Assembly: GCF_030684315.1 (NCBI RefSeq)
Contig: NC_081369.1
Location: forward strand, 13,616,035-13,680,034
Reading direction: 5' to 3'
DNA: 64,000 nt
Source of the DNA: Stegostoma tigrinum
Lineage: Eukaryota
The notes beneath the pieces are model-generated. The model saw only the letters and a list, made by a program, of their open reading frames with translations. It was not told the origin of the DNA and did no database searches. Numbering within the stretch: the first letter of the stretch is position 1; the number at the start of each line of letters is the position of its first letter. Position numbers and translations under genes: made by a program. Of this stretch, positions 1-12,784 are shown piece by piece.

Positions 1-316
1 TTCCAGTAAACTTATCCAAAATACTGCCGCATTCTTAAGATATGCAATAGGCCCTTTTGTATCATCGACAACAGATTTTAAGAATATGCCAGCATTTTGG
101 ATAAATTTACTGGAAATGGTGATTTTGCTTTTCAAACTTCTTATCTCAGTGAGATATGCATTTTTAATAAAAACTACAAGAGATTTTAAGAAGTTGCAAG
201 TATTTTGGAAAAGTTTGTTGGAAGTGGTGATTTTGTTCTCAAACATTCTTATCTCAGTGAGATATTCACTTTATCAGCATTTCCAACAGATTTTAACAAT
301 GTGTCAGCATTTTGGA
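1..316. repeat. 107-108 bp tandem repeat (~2.3 units) plus an inverted copy
   Basis: Units start agattttaa at 73, 181 and 288; bases 1-40 are a diverged reverse complement of ~76-115. Confidence 0.8.
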
Positions 317-619
317 GGGAGGATGTGCTGGTGCAGAGGACTATTGCTATCCTCCCTCAGGACTGGCACCGATGCTGTAAAGATGGTCCAAATTTTCCAT
401 CATCATCAGTGTCATGTCATCAGACCAGACGACCAGCCAGCTCCACTCCCCCAGGGTGAATACCATTGTTTTCTCTCTGCTGTCTCACACTCATTCTAAC
501 ACTGCTACTGTACCCACTTCCCATTTGTACCATCACTAAAAGCTGTGCCTGTCCCTTTTAGCTCACTTGGTATCTCCCTTCGTCTCATTCCTAGAGCACA
601 TGTCCCACAGACTGAATGT

Positions 620-1020
620 GGCAAAAACTAAAGTTGCTGGAAAAGCTCAGCATGTCTGGCAGCATCTGTGAAGGAAAAACAGTTAACTTTTCAGGGCTGG
701 TGACCCTTTCTCAGAACTATGGTGGCTGGGAAAACGTGAGTTTATGTGCAGAAAATAGGGAGGTGGGTGGGGTAGGAAGTAAAAGATAGGACAGAGCCCA
801 AAGAGAGAGAAAGACAGTTTGACAGACAAAGGAGTTGCTAACGATCAGGCTGGGAGGGTGAATAGTTGTTAATGGGGACTGTTAGTGACTAACAACAGGG
901 GGTGTGTAATGGCAGGCTATGTGGTAACAAGGCCTGGTGTGTGGGCTGGGAGGCTGGGACATAGGAGAGTTTAGGCCCTAAAATTATTGAACTCAATATT
1001 GAGTCCGGAGGGCTGTAGGG
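620..1020 (-). mobile_element. Penelope-like 3' terminal fragment (second subfamily)
   Basis: Shares gttgctggaaaagctcagca..tctggcagcatctgtgaagg..gacccttcctcagaact with copies at 8.7, 35.0, 45.8 and 62.5 kb. Confidence 0.6.
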
Positions 1021-2039
1021 AGGCAAATTGGGTGATGGTGTTCTCAACATTTCTCTTCTCCCACCTCCAAGGAGAGGTTCCTTGTCTGAGCCAGGGGGGA
1101 CTGTGAACGTCATGTGGTGATGTCGAAGGGTCTGTGTCTCAACAACCAAGTAAGAATCACAGCCCAAGGTAGTGCTGCTCTCCCACTACCATCACTGGGA
1201 ACATACTCCTGGCTTGCAGATTCTACCCTTTGGTCAGGTGGCCAGCAGCAGAAAGGCTACTAGGCTGTTTAAGAGCTACAATCAAGCATGCTGGGAATTT
1301 TGGTCAAGCTTGTTTAAAACTGCACCAGGACCTGTTGTGACCTGCAGTTTCCTGGGCTGATCAAGTAAAGCAACAATCATGGTGGCCTTCAGACATATGG
1401 GCACCATTATTATCTTATATGGAGTATGGAATGTCGCTGTTTACAACATTTGGGAGTGTTGACCTGTAAACTCTTGTTGGGTTCGAACGATGTGATCAGG
1501 CTTTGATCAATTCATTGGCTCAGTGCCAGAGATCTTTCTGGAAAGGGGCGCATTTTCAGATAAATTAACAGAAAAAAGAAATTTTCTCAGAAGAAGCCTT
1601 TCAGACCACATTTGAAAACATGTGCCCTGAAGTAATTTTCAGAGATGTCATGAGGCGAGACAAAGAACCATGGGGTGGGGTCTACATGGAGAAAAAAGTT
1701 GGCCACTTCACTCAAATTGGGTTTGTATTTAATTTAAGCCAAAGTTGTAGAACTAAAGTAAGAATTAGGGTTACATTTGAATTAAGTAAAGTAAGGTAAA
1801 GGTAACTTAAATGAAGTGACTAAAAGCCGAGGCTAAGTTAGATGAAATAAGAATTAAATGTTACAAAGAATGTATGTTTTATATTGAGTAATGGTTCTTA
1901 AGGAGCTATAATAAAGAAGGGTTTGTTTAATTAAATTCTGAGTCTGTTCCCTTCCTTTTGTCTGTCACATAAGAATGCCTAGATTAAAAGGCTTGATAAT
2001 CCTTCTTAGGCAACAACCCCAAGTGGAACTGAGTCTCTC

Positions 2040-2330
2040 TTTTGCCTCCTGCAGGCACCAGTGGCACTTGTAGAGTGTCTGCCATCAAGACGGCAGACCC
2101 ACAGGGCACCACCTCCTCCACGTCTGAGGAAGGAGTCACAGAGCAAACACTGGCAAGACCACATCCCTCACTCTCCACCAGCTCAGAGACTGCCATCTGG
2201 CCAGCTATTTTAGTGAGATTAGAGTGGGCAGTGCATCACTGTCTCAACTGGCTGAGCATTGGGCATGGGCACTTGGATGATTGGCAGGGACCAGGCACCT
2301 GTTCAGACCCAGGCAGGAGCCCAAGTTGTT
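2040..2330 (+). mobile_element. Possible Harbinger-type Myb/SANT accessory-gene remnant
   Basis: Acceptor followed by Ser/Thr-rich PSLSTSSET. Similar motifs at 10831-11010 (minus, PGLSTSSDIS) and ~55920 (VTSSETDT). Family assignment is from recall only. Confidence 0.35.
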
Positions 2331-3789
2331 GGCCATTCATACAGATACACAAGCAGAGCGAGCAGCAGTCATGGGTGTGAGAGTATCAAACAAACTGGCT
2401 CAAAAGATTGGAGGACTCCACCAACCCTGTTTACATCCTCCTGTGCTGGCATACGTGTGGCTGGGTGGCAGCTGCCGTGGAAGGCCAGGTTTGGCACACT
2501 CTGTTAGACACACATACTTTCATGTTTGGTGTTGGATTCCAACTGCAAGGTAAGGTGTTGTTGCAGGGCTTGGCAAGGGACCTTATCCACGTACAATTTC
2601 AACACAAGGAGACAAAAGAATATATATCTCGATACGAGTGCCCAGTGCAACTGTGCTCTATAGGAGATATATATTCCTTTTTCTCTTTTATGGAGTTTAA
2701 CGTGCAGTTCTTTGTCAATAAGCTTACATATTCTTTCATTTACATTCTTTAATTATCCTGCAACCCAATCAAACTATTAGGCAAGATTCAGAGTGGTTTA
2801 AACACTAGAAGTGCTGGTTTCACAACTGCTAATGGTTTGCTGTATGGTAGTTACATTCCAGGAATAAATACAATTTTCAACAGTTCCCTGAACATGCAAC
2901 TAAACTGAATGGAGATATATGACTTTAACAGCCACTTCAGGAATTCAATACAAAAACTTGTCAGTTTAAGATTTTACATCACGGAAAAAATGTCTTTACT
3001 TTTTACATCATTTTATAAATTAGCTGCTGAAAAATAAGGAATACAAACCCTATTTGTTCTGAAAAACTGGAAAGCTATTTGACTGTATAACATCAAAGGG
3101 TGGTCAGGTGGTTCCCAGCTCAGTAAAATGCTCGGAATGAGGGGAAGGTCAGAAAAACATCAGACTTATTTGCCTAATGGAGAATTTTTAATAATGTTCA
3201 TAACTTCCACATATATTTGAAATTCATTGTGTTTTGTATTTCTATAAGAATGATTATTTACGTCTCATGAGTTTGGTTGACACATCTCTGAATGAATTTG
3301 TTCAGTATTTCAACTTCACTCGTGCAATATTCACTTTCATTCAGCTGTCGCTGCAAATGATCGCAACTCTGATTCACACCTGAGTGGAAAAGGAGAGGAT
3401 AAAATGTTCAGGTCAACACAAATCAGCTCGAATCCTTTGAAATCCTTACTGGAAAGCACCCACAATATGGTCTAGGAGTAAATTAGCTTTATTTTCTTTT
3501 AGGAATGGAATCTCTTTCTTGGCTCTTTAATTAACTGGTTAATGACTCTGAGAAAAATTTCCAGTTTTGAATCAAATGTATCAGTGAAAACTCCAATTAA
3601 ATATAAGCAGAGGAGTGTCAAACTGATGCATCAACCAGCTTGTTACAAATAATTTAAACAGTAATAATCCCATCATGTTGCTATTCTCTTGCAATGATTG
3701 AAGCTAATCAAACATTCCAAAATATTGAAATAAACATTTACTAGGTATGAACAAGAATTGAGCATGATTAAAACAGTCAGGATTGATGA

Positions 3790-4620
3790 GATTTTTTTAG
3801 GTTGGGAAGAAGTAACTAATGGAATGCCACAAGGGTCAGTCCTAGGGCCTCAGTAATCTACTGTTTACGTTAATGACTTGGAGAAGGGGCAGAGTGAAAT
3901 GAGTCCATTTTGCTGATGATGGGAGGCATGTTACAATGGGGACATAAGGAACTGGCAAAGGCTTGTAGTTAGTTTGAGTAAATGGACAAAAATCTTGACA
4001 GATGGAGTTTACTGCAGGTAACTGTGCGGTCATGCAGTTTGGTGGGAAGAATCAAAAGGCAGATTATTATTTAGATGGAGAGAGAGATTCCAAAGAATGC
4101 ACTGAAAAGGGATAAGAGTGTTCTTATGTGTGAAACACAAAGGACCAGTATGCAGAAAGTAATTAAGAAGGCAAATGGAATTTTGGTCTTTATTGCTAAC
4201 AGTTGGTGTTTAAAAATAGATTGATTTGGCAATAACAGCTAAACAGGTTTGGAATTTATTCCTCAGAGTTTAGAAGAAGAAGGATGATCTTCTTGAAACA
4301 TATAAGATGCCGAGGGGCCTCAACAGTGTTGATGTTAAGAAGATGTTTTCATGAGTGAGGGTATCTCAAACAAGGGGGCATGATTAGAGAATAAGTAGAC
4401 ACTCATTTAAAACTGAAGTTCTCACAAAGGGTAATGAATATCTGAAATTCTCTTCCCCAGAAGACCTGTGGAGACTAGATCACTGGAAATATTTCGGAAA
4501 AGCGTTAAATAAAGTTTAGAAATATCAAGGAGTTAATGGCTATGATAGGCTGGCATTCAAGAGGAGATAGGCATGGGTCAGATCATGACCTTGTTGAATA
4601 GTAGGATAGGCTTACTTCTG
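3790..4620 (+). mobile_element. CR1 LINE 3' fragment
   Basis: Degenerate GVPQGSVLGP and FADD motifs plus a typical CR1 3' region. Confidence 0.8.
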
Positions 4621-5139
4621 CTCCCATGTCATATGTTCTAACATTCATAGTGTATGATGTTAATTGTAAATCTGTCGTTGAACAAGTTTTGCTAAATAAT
4701 TCTGTGTGCTAAAAATTATGCTGACAACTAACTTGAGATTGTCAGTCAGGCTCACACTGTAGCAAACATACGCATACCAGAAGCTAGGTACACATGATCC
4801 TGGTTCTTGCAGACAGAAGAGAAAACCTGCACACAATGTATCTATTTCAACTCAGCAAAGTAGATAATAACCATTGTCTGGTTTAATTCTCAGGGCACTG
4901 CCTGGACCAATCAGATTCAGCCTGCCTGGTTTAATTTTAAACAAAGCTTGGCACTTATGTGCCTGTTAACATCTGCTTGATGCATTCTCCATGGCAACAC
5001 TTTTCCACTTTCCAACAAATCAGCCCGCTCTTCTCACAAAGTACAAAAATGTTGTTTCCCGCTTTACATAGGTATCCTCATGAATGCCCTGATGAACGCA
5101 AGATACAAAATGTGTCTTATATCTTAAATGTTCAAAGAT

Positions 5140-6420
5140 TAAGAACTGACAGTGTGCAAGAGACCTGGGTGTCCATATCAATAAAAACTAAAGGTGACAA
5201 TAAGGTAGACAATAAGTATGTAGCCTTCATTGCAAGAGGATTTGAGGACAGAAACACAGATGTGTTGCTGCAATTGTATCCAGCTTTGGTGAGATTGCTC
5301 CTGGAGTAACGTGGATAGTTTTAGTCTCTATATGTGAGGAAGTATGTACTTGGCAGAGAGGGAGTGCAATAGGTACTTACCAGGCTAAACCCTGGGATGA
5401 TGCAGTTTTCCTATGATGAGAGATTGAGGAAACGAGTCTGTGGCCTCTAGATAACAAGGTGCAGAGCTGGATGAACACAGCAGGCCAAGCAGCATCAGAG
5501 GAGCAGGAAGGCTAACGTTTCAGGCCTAGACCTTTCTTTAGAAATGGGGGAGGGGAAGTGGGTTCTGAAATAAATCACTTCAAAATATCCCCGTCCCCTA
5601 CTGCTTCCCAAAACCAGCCTAGCTTGACCCCGCCTCCCTAACCTGTCCTTCCTCCCACCTATACCCTCCTCCCACCTCAAGCTGCACCCCCATCTTTTAC
5701 CTACAAACCTCATCCACCCCCCTTGACCTGTCTGTCCTCCCTGGACTGATCTATGCCCTCCCTAACTCCCAACCTACACTCACCTTTACTGGCTCCATCC
5801 CCGCCTCTTTGACCTGTGTGTCTCCTCTCCATCTGTCTTCTCCTCTATCCATCTTCTATCTGCCTCCCCATCTCTCCCTGTTTATTTCAGGAACCCCTTC
5901 CCCTCCCCCATTTCCAAAGAAAGGTCTAGGCCTGAACTGTCAGCTTTCCTGCTCCTCTGATGCTGCTTGGCCTGATGTGTTCATCCAGCTCTACATCTTG
6001 TTATCTCAGATTCTCCAGCACCTGCAGTTCCTACTGTCTCTGTGGCCTCTAGAGAATGAGTGGTGATCTAATAAAAACTTGCACAATTCTCACAGGGCAT
6101 GATAAAGTACAGCTAGATAAGATGTGTCCATTGGAAGTTCAGGTTAGAAACAAATGATGCATTCTCACATTAAGGGCTACGTCATTTAAAACTGAGATGA
6201 AGAGGAATTTCTTCACTCTGTGGGTGGTAATTCTCCACCCAGAGAGCTGTCGAAGTTCAATCATGGGTCAATTGTGACAGAAATTGATAGATTTCTGGTG
6301 AGTAATGACATCAAGATGTCTGTTAATAGTGCAGCGAAACGGCATTGACATAGATGATCAGCAATGATCTAACTGAATGGGGGAGCAGTTTCAATGGGTT
6401 GAATGGCCTCCCCCCATTCG
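5140..6420 (+). mobile_element. CR1 LINE 3' fragment (interrupted at 5452-6038)
   Basis: LLQLYPALVRLLLE motif and CR1 3' tail. Confidence 0.8.
5452..6038. mobile_element. Fold-back PLE-terminus derivative with 15-bp TSD
   Basis: Inverted copies of the PLE terminal repeat at both ends; direct repeat tctgtggcctctaga at 5437-5451 and 6039-6053; interrupts a CR1. Confidence 0.85.
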
Positions 6421-6494
6421 GAATGAACGCAATGAGCCTAATACTCTGCAATATAATTGCTATAGTGTCATTTACTGCCGTTACCTTCAGCTAG

Positions 6495-6590
6495 AATCAA
6501 CAGGGATGTTATGACACACCTCTGGAGCAAGTCGGACTTGAACCCAGGTTTCCTGGCCCAGTGGCATGTATGCTACTACTGTGCAAGAGT
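6495..6590 (-). mobile_element. Short tRNA-derived SINE (related copies ~17170-17255 and 44285-44370)
   Basis: Minus-strand B box GGTTCAAGTCC; three dispersed copies. Confidence 0.6.
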
Positions 6591-8179
6591 GCACAGAATT
6601 AACTGTATAAAGGCTGTACTTTAATTTGTAAACAAGATTCCCATGTAGGTGAGAACTTTGCCAATATCCTTCAATGGATAAAGAAATAAGATGAGCCAAA
6701 ATCTCTGGTGGATCTCCCTCATGTTGGTACAAGTGCAGCAGAAATCGATGTGTGAGAACTAAGGGCCTCCCGCTGTATAAAGTCACATAACCCTATTAAT
6801 AATTATGAATTAATATTGGTTTAATTGGTTTGAATTTAAGTAGACATTTTCTAGAATTTAATCACAGATTTTTTGAAACATTTATTTACCTGCTGAAGAG
6901 AGCATGCTGGTGCTTGATTCCTGAGGTGGAAATTTAAAGCATTTGATAATGTTTCAGCGAAATAGATGTTTATAAACAATAAAACTGAAATACTATCTGA
7001 TAAAATTCTATCCTACCAAGGATGTTTCATGAGGTCTGCCTGTCGTTGGTCTAGTGACAGTGATGTGAGTGGAATGGGTATTCTGTGTTGTAGTTGCTGT
7101 TAGATCACTGCTTGAGTCAGAGTTAACAACATTCTGTAAGGAAAGATGATAAAATATGAAAACAAAATTCTCATAAACTAAAATCCTGTGCAGCATATAT
7201 TTTGTATTTGCCAAATAATACAGATTAATTAATCTTTTATCCTTTCAACAATACATAGCAAAAACTGAACTCCGATTTAGCAGGAGAAATCTGCATTAAA
7301 ACCAAATAAATTAGCATTTCAGTCATGAATACAGGCTGTGTCGTCTTCGGTGATAGGCTTCAAGGCGGTGTTAAAATTAGATATCAGTTGCAGATCAATG
7401 GGCAGATTAGGATTTTGGTGGGGGTTCAGATCTTTTTCATCTCCCACTGTGGACTTTACTGTCATTGGCCTCCTCTGCTCAACTTGCACTAATCGTGGGG
7501 GCATTACTCTGTATACATCCCACATATTTGAGAGGCATAGCGGTAATGTCACTAGGCTAGTAATCCATTCTAAAAGAGCTCTGTGTGACAGTCCGGAAAG
7601 GAGGGCAGTGTTATTATGGCATGCTGTACCCTTCACAACTGTAATGACAAAAGAGGATGACCTGGATACAGAGGTATTGGTGGTACAATGACAATGTTGG
7701 GAGAATTAAGTTGAGGGTGAGGATCAGGACATTGTTTAGGAGAGGCTTCTCAGACAGTATGATTGAGCAATATATTATCAAGTATGAGAGGCCAGAGAGA
7801 ACCTTAGTGATAAACTACTTCCAGGACAAATGAAGTGGGCGTGGATTTCATTTATTTGTTTATTTTCGTTCGTAATCTGGCAAGCAGCCCCTGCCACAGC
7901 ATATTCATTACTCATTGCATTTAGCATCAGTGTTGTCCACAATGGAGTGCAACACTTTTGCTACAGTACTCAATGTCATGGTTCAAAGATCATTGGCATT
8001 GGAGACCATCTGCTGTCCAGGATGAAGACATAAACGAGGCTTGACCAAAACGATTCCTTCTGTTCCATGAGATATCCAAACAGGCTGCTCATCCCTCACG
8101 CGGATGAGATGAAATCAAAGCAACAGTGACAAGTATACTACAGCAGGTATTTTAACAGTGTGAGTGAAAACATAGGGGG

Positions 8180-8390
8180 TGCTGGTCACCTTCGGTGGCT
8201 GGATGGCTGGTTTGTATTACAGAGTGATGCCTGCAGCGTGGGTTCTATTCCAATGCCAGCTGGGGCCACAGTGAAGGATTGTCCTTCTCAACATCTCCCC
8301 TCAACTGAGGTGTGCTGGCCCTCAGGTTAAACTACCACCAATTATTTCTCTCTCTCTAATGAGAGAGCCTGGGAAAACTCTGATGACTTT
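8180..8390 (+). mobile_element. Old SINE (related minus copy ~39065-39210)
   Basis: Shared ggatggctggt..tg head and caggttaaa..accacc segment. Confidence 0.55.
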
Positions 8391-8654
8391 ACCTTATATT
8401 TACAATAGTTAAAGGTTGCTTACAATGGTGTTTCCCCCATGACTCCTATGTGCCCTCGGTAAGTTTATTTGCTCCTGTGTCACTCTCTACATGGAAGTAC
8501 AGCTGGAGTAACGGAAGCCTGCTCCGTGACTCTGTTAGCCTGAAATCTTAAGCAATCCTAAAAATACAGAAAATAGGAGCGAAAGTAAGTGATTTCGCCC
8601 TTTGAGCCTCCTGTGCTGTTTGTTATGATCATGGCTGATCACCCAACTCAACAG

Positions 8655-8885
8655 ACAATAAAAACAGAAAGAACTGTGGATGCTGTAAATTAGTAACGAA
8701 AGCACAGTTGCTGGAAAAGCGCAGCAGGTCTGGCAGCATCTCCGAAGAAAATATCAGAGTTAATGTTCCGGCTCGGGTGACCCTTCCTCAGAAGGTCCCC
8801 CGACCCGAAATGTGAACTCTGATTCGTTTCCTCACAGTTGTTGCTAGACCTGCTGAGATTTTCCAGCAACTGTGTTTTTGATTCA
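8655..8885. mobile_element. Palindromic PLE-terminus derivative (second subfamily)
   Basis: cacagttgctggaaaa...ttttccagcaactgtg inverted arms around gacccttcctcagaaggtc. Confidence 0.7.
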
Positions 8886-8899
8886 AGTCGATGGGCTGG

Positions 8900-10240
8900 T
8901 CTTGTTTCACACCCACCCCATCCTTTGATCCTTTTAGCCCCAATATCCAACTCCGTTTTTGAAATCTTACAATGTTTTGGCCTTGACTGCTTCCTGTAGT
9001 ACAGAGGATTCTGCAGGCTGGCCACACTTTGAAAGAAGAAATTACCCCTCATTTCAGCTTTAAATGGGTTATCCCATACACTTAGACTGTGACCCCTGCT
9101 TTGGGCTCCTTGGCCATTGGGAACATCCTTCCTGTATCGACCCTGTCTATCCACTATTGCCTTTGAGCTTGGAGTTCCCAGGCCTGCTCAGAGTGCCCAG
9201 TCCAGACTCAGGCTCAGCCCTCTTTTGTACTGCATCAGGCTCTGGGATCATGGACAGGGGCTGTGCAGGAGTCAGGTATCCATGGTGGGTTCTGAAAAGA
9301 AACTTCTGGGATTCCATGTGTCACTGCCCTCTCCTGTGGGCACCTAGAGGTACCATCCTGTTGGCCTCATTCGGAGTGAGGCCGTGATCCCTCACCGCTC
9401 TGTTTGGGGAACCTGCTGCTACAGTGATGGAGTGTAACTCTGTCCTGTGAAGAGGCAGACAGTGAGTGCGCTGGGCTCTCCACCTGGTCTTTCAATGGGG
9501 AGAGCCCGCTGGAGCTGGTATGGCACTGACAATGTTGGTGTAGGCTGCATCATCCTCTGACATAAATCACTAAGTCCTCACAAATCAGCCTGTGGACTCT
9601 GTGCCTGTGTGTGCCGTTTGACAAAGTGATGAGTGACCGAGGCCAATGCTTGACGATTCCTGGTTACTGGGTGGGTTGGGGGGTAAGGTATGTGCCTGGT
9701 CCCAGCACTGCTCTGAGCAGACAGTGGTTTCTGGTGTGGAAACATGTCAGTGACCGGCTACTTAGATTGTGTTCTACCCATCTCAAAAGCTTGCCGTTCA
9801 CTTTGTTATTGACCCTTCAAATAATGGGAACAGCTTCCACCTATCCATGCCCCTCATAATCCTCTATACCTCATCAGGTCCACCTGCAGTATTGACTGCT
9901 CAAAAGAAAACAACCTGAGCTTATCCAGCCTCTCTTGACAGTGGAAATAATCTATCTCAGGCAACATCCTGGTGAATCTCCTCTGCCCCACCTTCAGGGT
10001 ATTCACATCCTTCTAATGGTACAGTGACCAGAACTGGACATAGTATTACAACGGTGGCCAAATCAAAGTTCTGTACCACTTCAACATGCCTTACCTGCTC
10101 TAATAATCTGTGCTATATCTGATAAAGGCATGTGTTTCATGTGCCTTCTTAAGTAGTCTACTAGCATGCCATGTTGTCTTCAGGGATCTTTCGACAAACA
10201 TCCTAGGATCAATTTGTTCCTCTGAGTTTCCTTGTATTGG
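8900..10240 (-). mobile_element. CR1 fragments (8900-9150 and 9775-10240) around an unrelated remnant
   Basis: RGHSL..FKAEMRGNFF motif and CR1 RT C-terminal region. Confidence 0.65.
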
Positions 10241-10429
10241 ACATATATCAACATTCCTTCAGTGTTAGTGGGCCAAAATCCTGGAACTCTCTTCCTTATG
10301 GCACTGTGGGTCTTTTGCGGGTCTACTGCAACCCATGACTGCTGTGTTTCAAGAAGGCAGTCATCACCAACTTTATTAGGACAACTAGAGATGGAGGGTA
10401 AACGCTGGCTCAGTCTGTGACACCAATGT

Positions 10430-11040
10430 GCCATGAGTGAAAGACAGTCACCCTCAGGTGAGCAGTCCTGCTCTTCTTTGACTGGATTGAGTACTGTCTC
10501 CCCATTGGGAGCAAGCAAACTGATGTCAGTCACAATTCACTTCTGCACTGCACCTCCCCCACCTCGGTGCTCCGGGTTCAGCTGGGCATCACCTTTTTCT
10601 GCTATGAGGCAAAAGGAAGGTGGGTGTATGATGTGTGAGGATAGTGAGATGTTTATGGTAATGCAGGAGCAGGACAGGTGGTGAGATGTTTCCAGTGAGT
10701 GAGTAGAAAGCACAGAGGGCAGGAAGGATCAGTATTTCGGAGGATGAGGCAGCTGTGATCCATTGAATGAATAGCAACACGGTGTAGACATTCATGTCAG
10801 TGACTGGCTCCCTAGATTGTGTTCCTGAGTTTAATCTGAAAGTGTACCCACCGAGGCAGAAATGTCTGAGCTGGTAGACAGGCCAGGCGAAGTCTTTGAT
10901 GATGAGAGTTCGCTGGATTTGGAGTGTCTCTCTCCAGAACTAGAGGTAGTGTTAGAGGATTTTGATCCTGTCCCTTGTTCCTCAGGGTTGCTGTGCATTA
11001 TCGATTGCTGCATCAAGAAAAACAGAATTAGTTGGTGAAG
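10430..11040 (-). mobile_element. Possible Harbinger-type Myb/SANT remnant
   Basis: Exon-like Ser-rich segment similar to the 2040-2330 remnant. Confidence 0.35.
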
Positions 11041-11099
11041 ATGGATTATGGTTTGCATAAGCGATGAAGGAGTTCATTGGAGGAACAGTGTAATGTACC

Positions 11100-11520
11100 A
11101 CACTGGATTGCCTGCCAGTGAGAACTTACAACTCACGCACCAACAGATGCAGAAACAACCCATCCTCCAAATACACTTGACCTGGACTAGATTCAGGCTT
11201 AGCTGAAAAAGTGGGAAGTAACATTTGCACCACACAAGTGAAAGGCAATGACCTGCTCCAATGAAAGACAATCTAACCATTAGCCCTTGAAATTCAATAA
11301 CACTACCATCACTGAATTCCCAACTATTAACATGCTTGAGTTTACCGCTGACCAGAAACTCAACTGGACTCACCACACGAAGACAGTGGCTACAAGAGCA
11401 GGTCCAACACAAGGAATCCTGCTGTGAGTAACTCATCTCCTGACTCCCCAAAGTGTGTCCACCAAGTACAAGGCATAACCAGGAATGTGAGGAAATACTC
11501 CCCACTTGTCTGGATGACTC
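11100..11520 (+). mobile_element. Non-LTR retrotransposon RT 3' fragment
   Basis: Same family as 12785-13870, in the opposite orientation. Confidence 0.6.
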
Positions 11521-12784
11521 TCCCTGTTAACTGGCAATGTAACTAAGGCGAACAGATGCTTCCTATCTACCATGTCCATGGCCTCAACATGTTATTCACC
11601 TCAATTGGATCCACCCTCCATCTTCTCTGCTCTAACGAAAACAACCCAAGGTTACTCAGCCTCTCTTCATAACTGAAACAGTCAATACACCTCAATGAGG
11701 TCCACCCTCGGCCTTGGTTAACAACAGGACATGCAGGTTTTTGAGGTTCAGATTGTCAGAATATGACACTAACAGACCAATGATTGACAGCCAATGAGAA
11801 CAAGGGAATGGCACCAAGACTTTGTAAGAAATATAGTGAGGAAGAGCAATCCTGTTCCCAGGGTCTGTATTCATACAATAAATATGAAAGACCCATCTTT
11901 TAATGCCAGGAGAACCTGTGAACTGGTATGACTAAGTAGAGCTGGCACTGGCTGCTCCAGGAGGAACCAATCCTAAAGTAGATATTTCTTATCTGTCATC
12001 TCAAGAACGTAGTGAGCCAGTTAACATTGGTAGTTAACATCTACAAGATATAGTGTAGTACCTCACCCAGCCTCCTCTGACAGCACCTTCCAAAATCTAT
12101 GACTCTACTATCTAGAAAGAGAAAAGCAGCAGAAGCGAGTGATCACAACTTGATAAATCCTTCTCCAAGTCATACATCATTCTGACTTGGAATTAAGTGC
12201 TATTTCATCCCTGTTGTCAGCTGAAAAGTCCTAAAATCCAGTATCTAAACCCAAAGGATATGCTCCACTCCAGTGCAGTCTGGGATGGGCAATTAGTGCT
12301 GGCCAAGACAGTGATATCCACATCCTGTGAAGGAGTTAAACAAAAAAGGTCTCATGGGATCAATGTTTTAAACCAGATTGCCCTGACACCGTAATTCCCA
12401 AAGGAAATGCCTGACAATCTCTGGCAGGAGATCAATCCTCAATTTGATTCATTACTTGCTAACTACTATCTTATAGATAAATGAAAGATTGTCCTTTTAA
12501 GTCCCACTCAAGAACTAGGTGAGATTGGAGGCTAAAGCTGTTCTCAATGCGGTACCATGATCTCAAGGATTGTAACTGCTGTGTTTTAAGTGTTCATAGA
12601 AAGACGTTTCATTTATGAGTGACAAGATACTGAAAGCTAGACTGTGTGCAATGGTTGTTAGTTGCATATTCGACACCCTCGCTCATTAGCATGTTCCCTC
12701 AAGGTCAGATCATAGTGTCTCCTTTTATTAAAACCAAATTGTATACATTATGAATGAAAAACAATGTACATTAAAGGCTGCTTT

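Noticed and set aside
2505-2555. J-like TFMFGVGFQLQG followed by GTAAGG
   Set aside because: No TxLxV motif and no recognisable upstream heptamer/nonamer.
7410-7451. RSS-like pair (gattttggt ... cactgtg) suggesting a J segment
   Set aside because: The spacer is 25 nt rather than 12 or 23, and the downstream sequence lacks FGxG and a donor.
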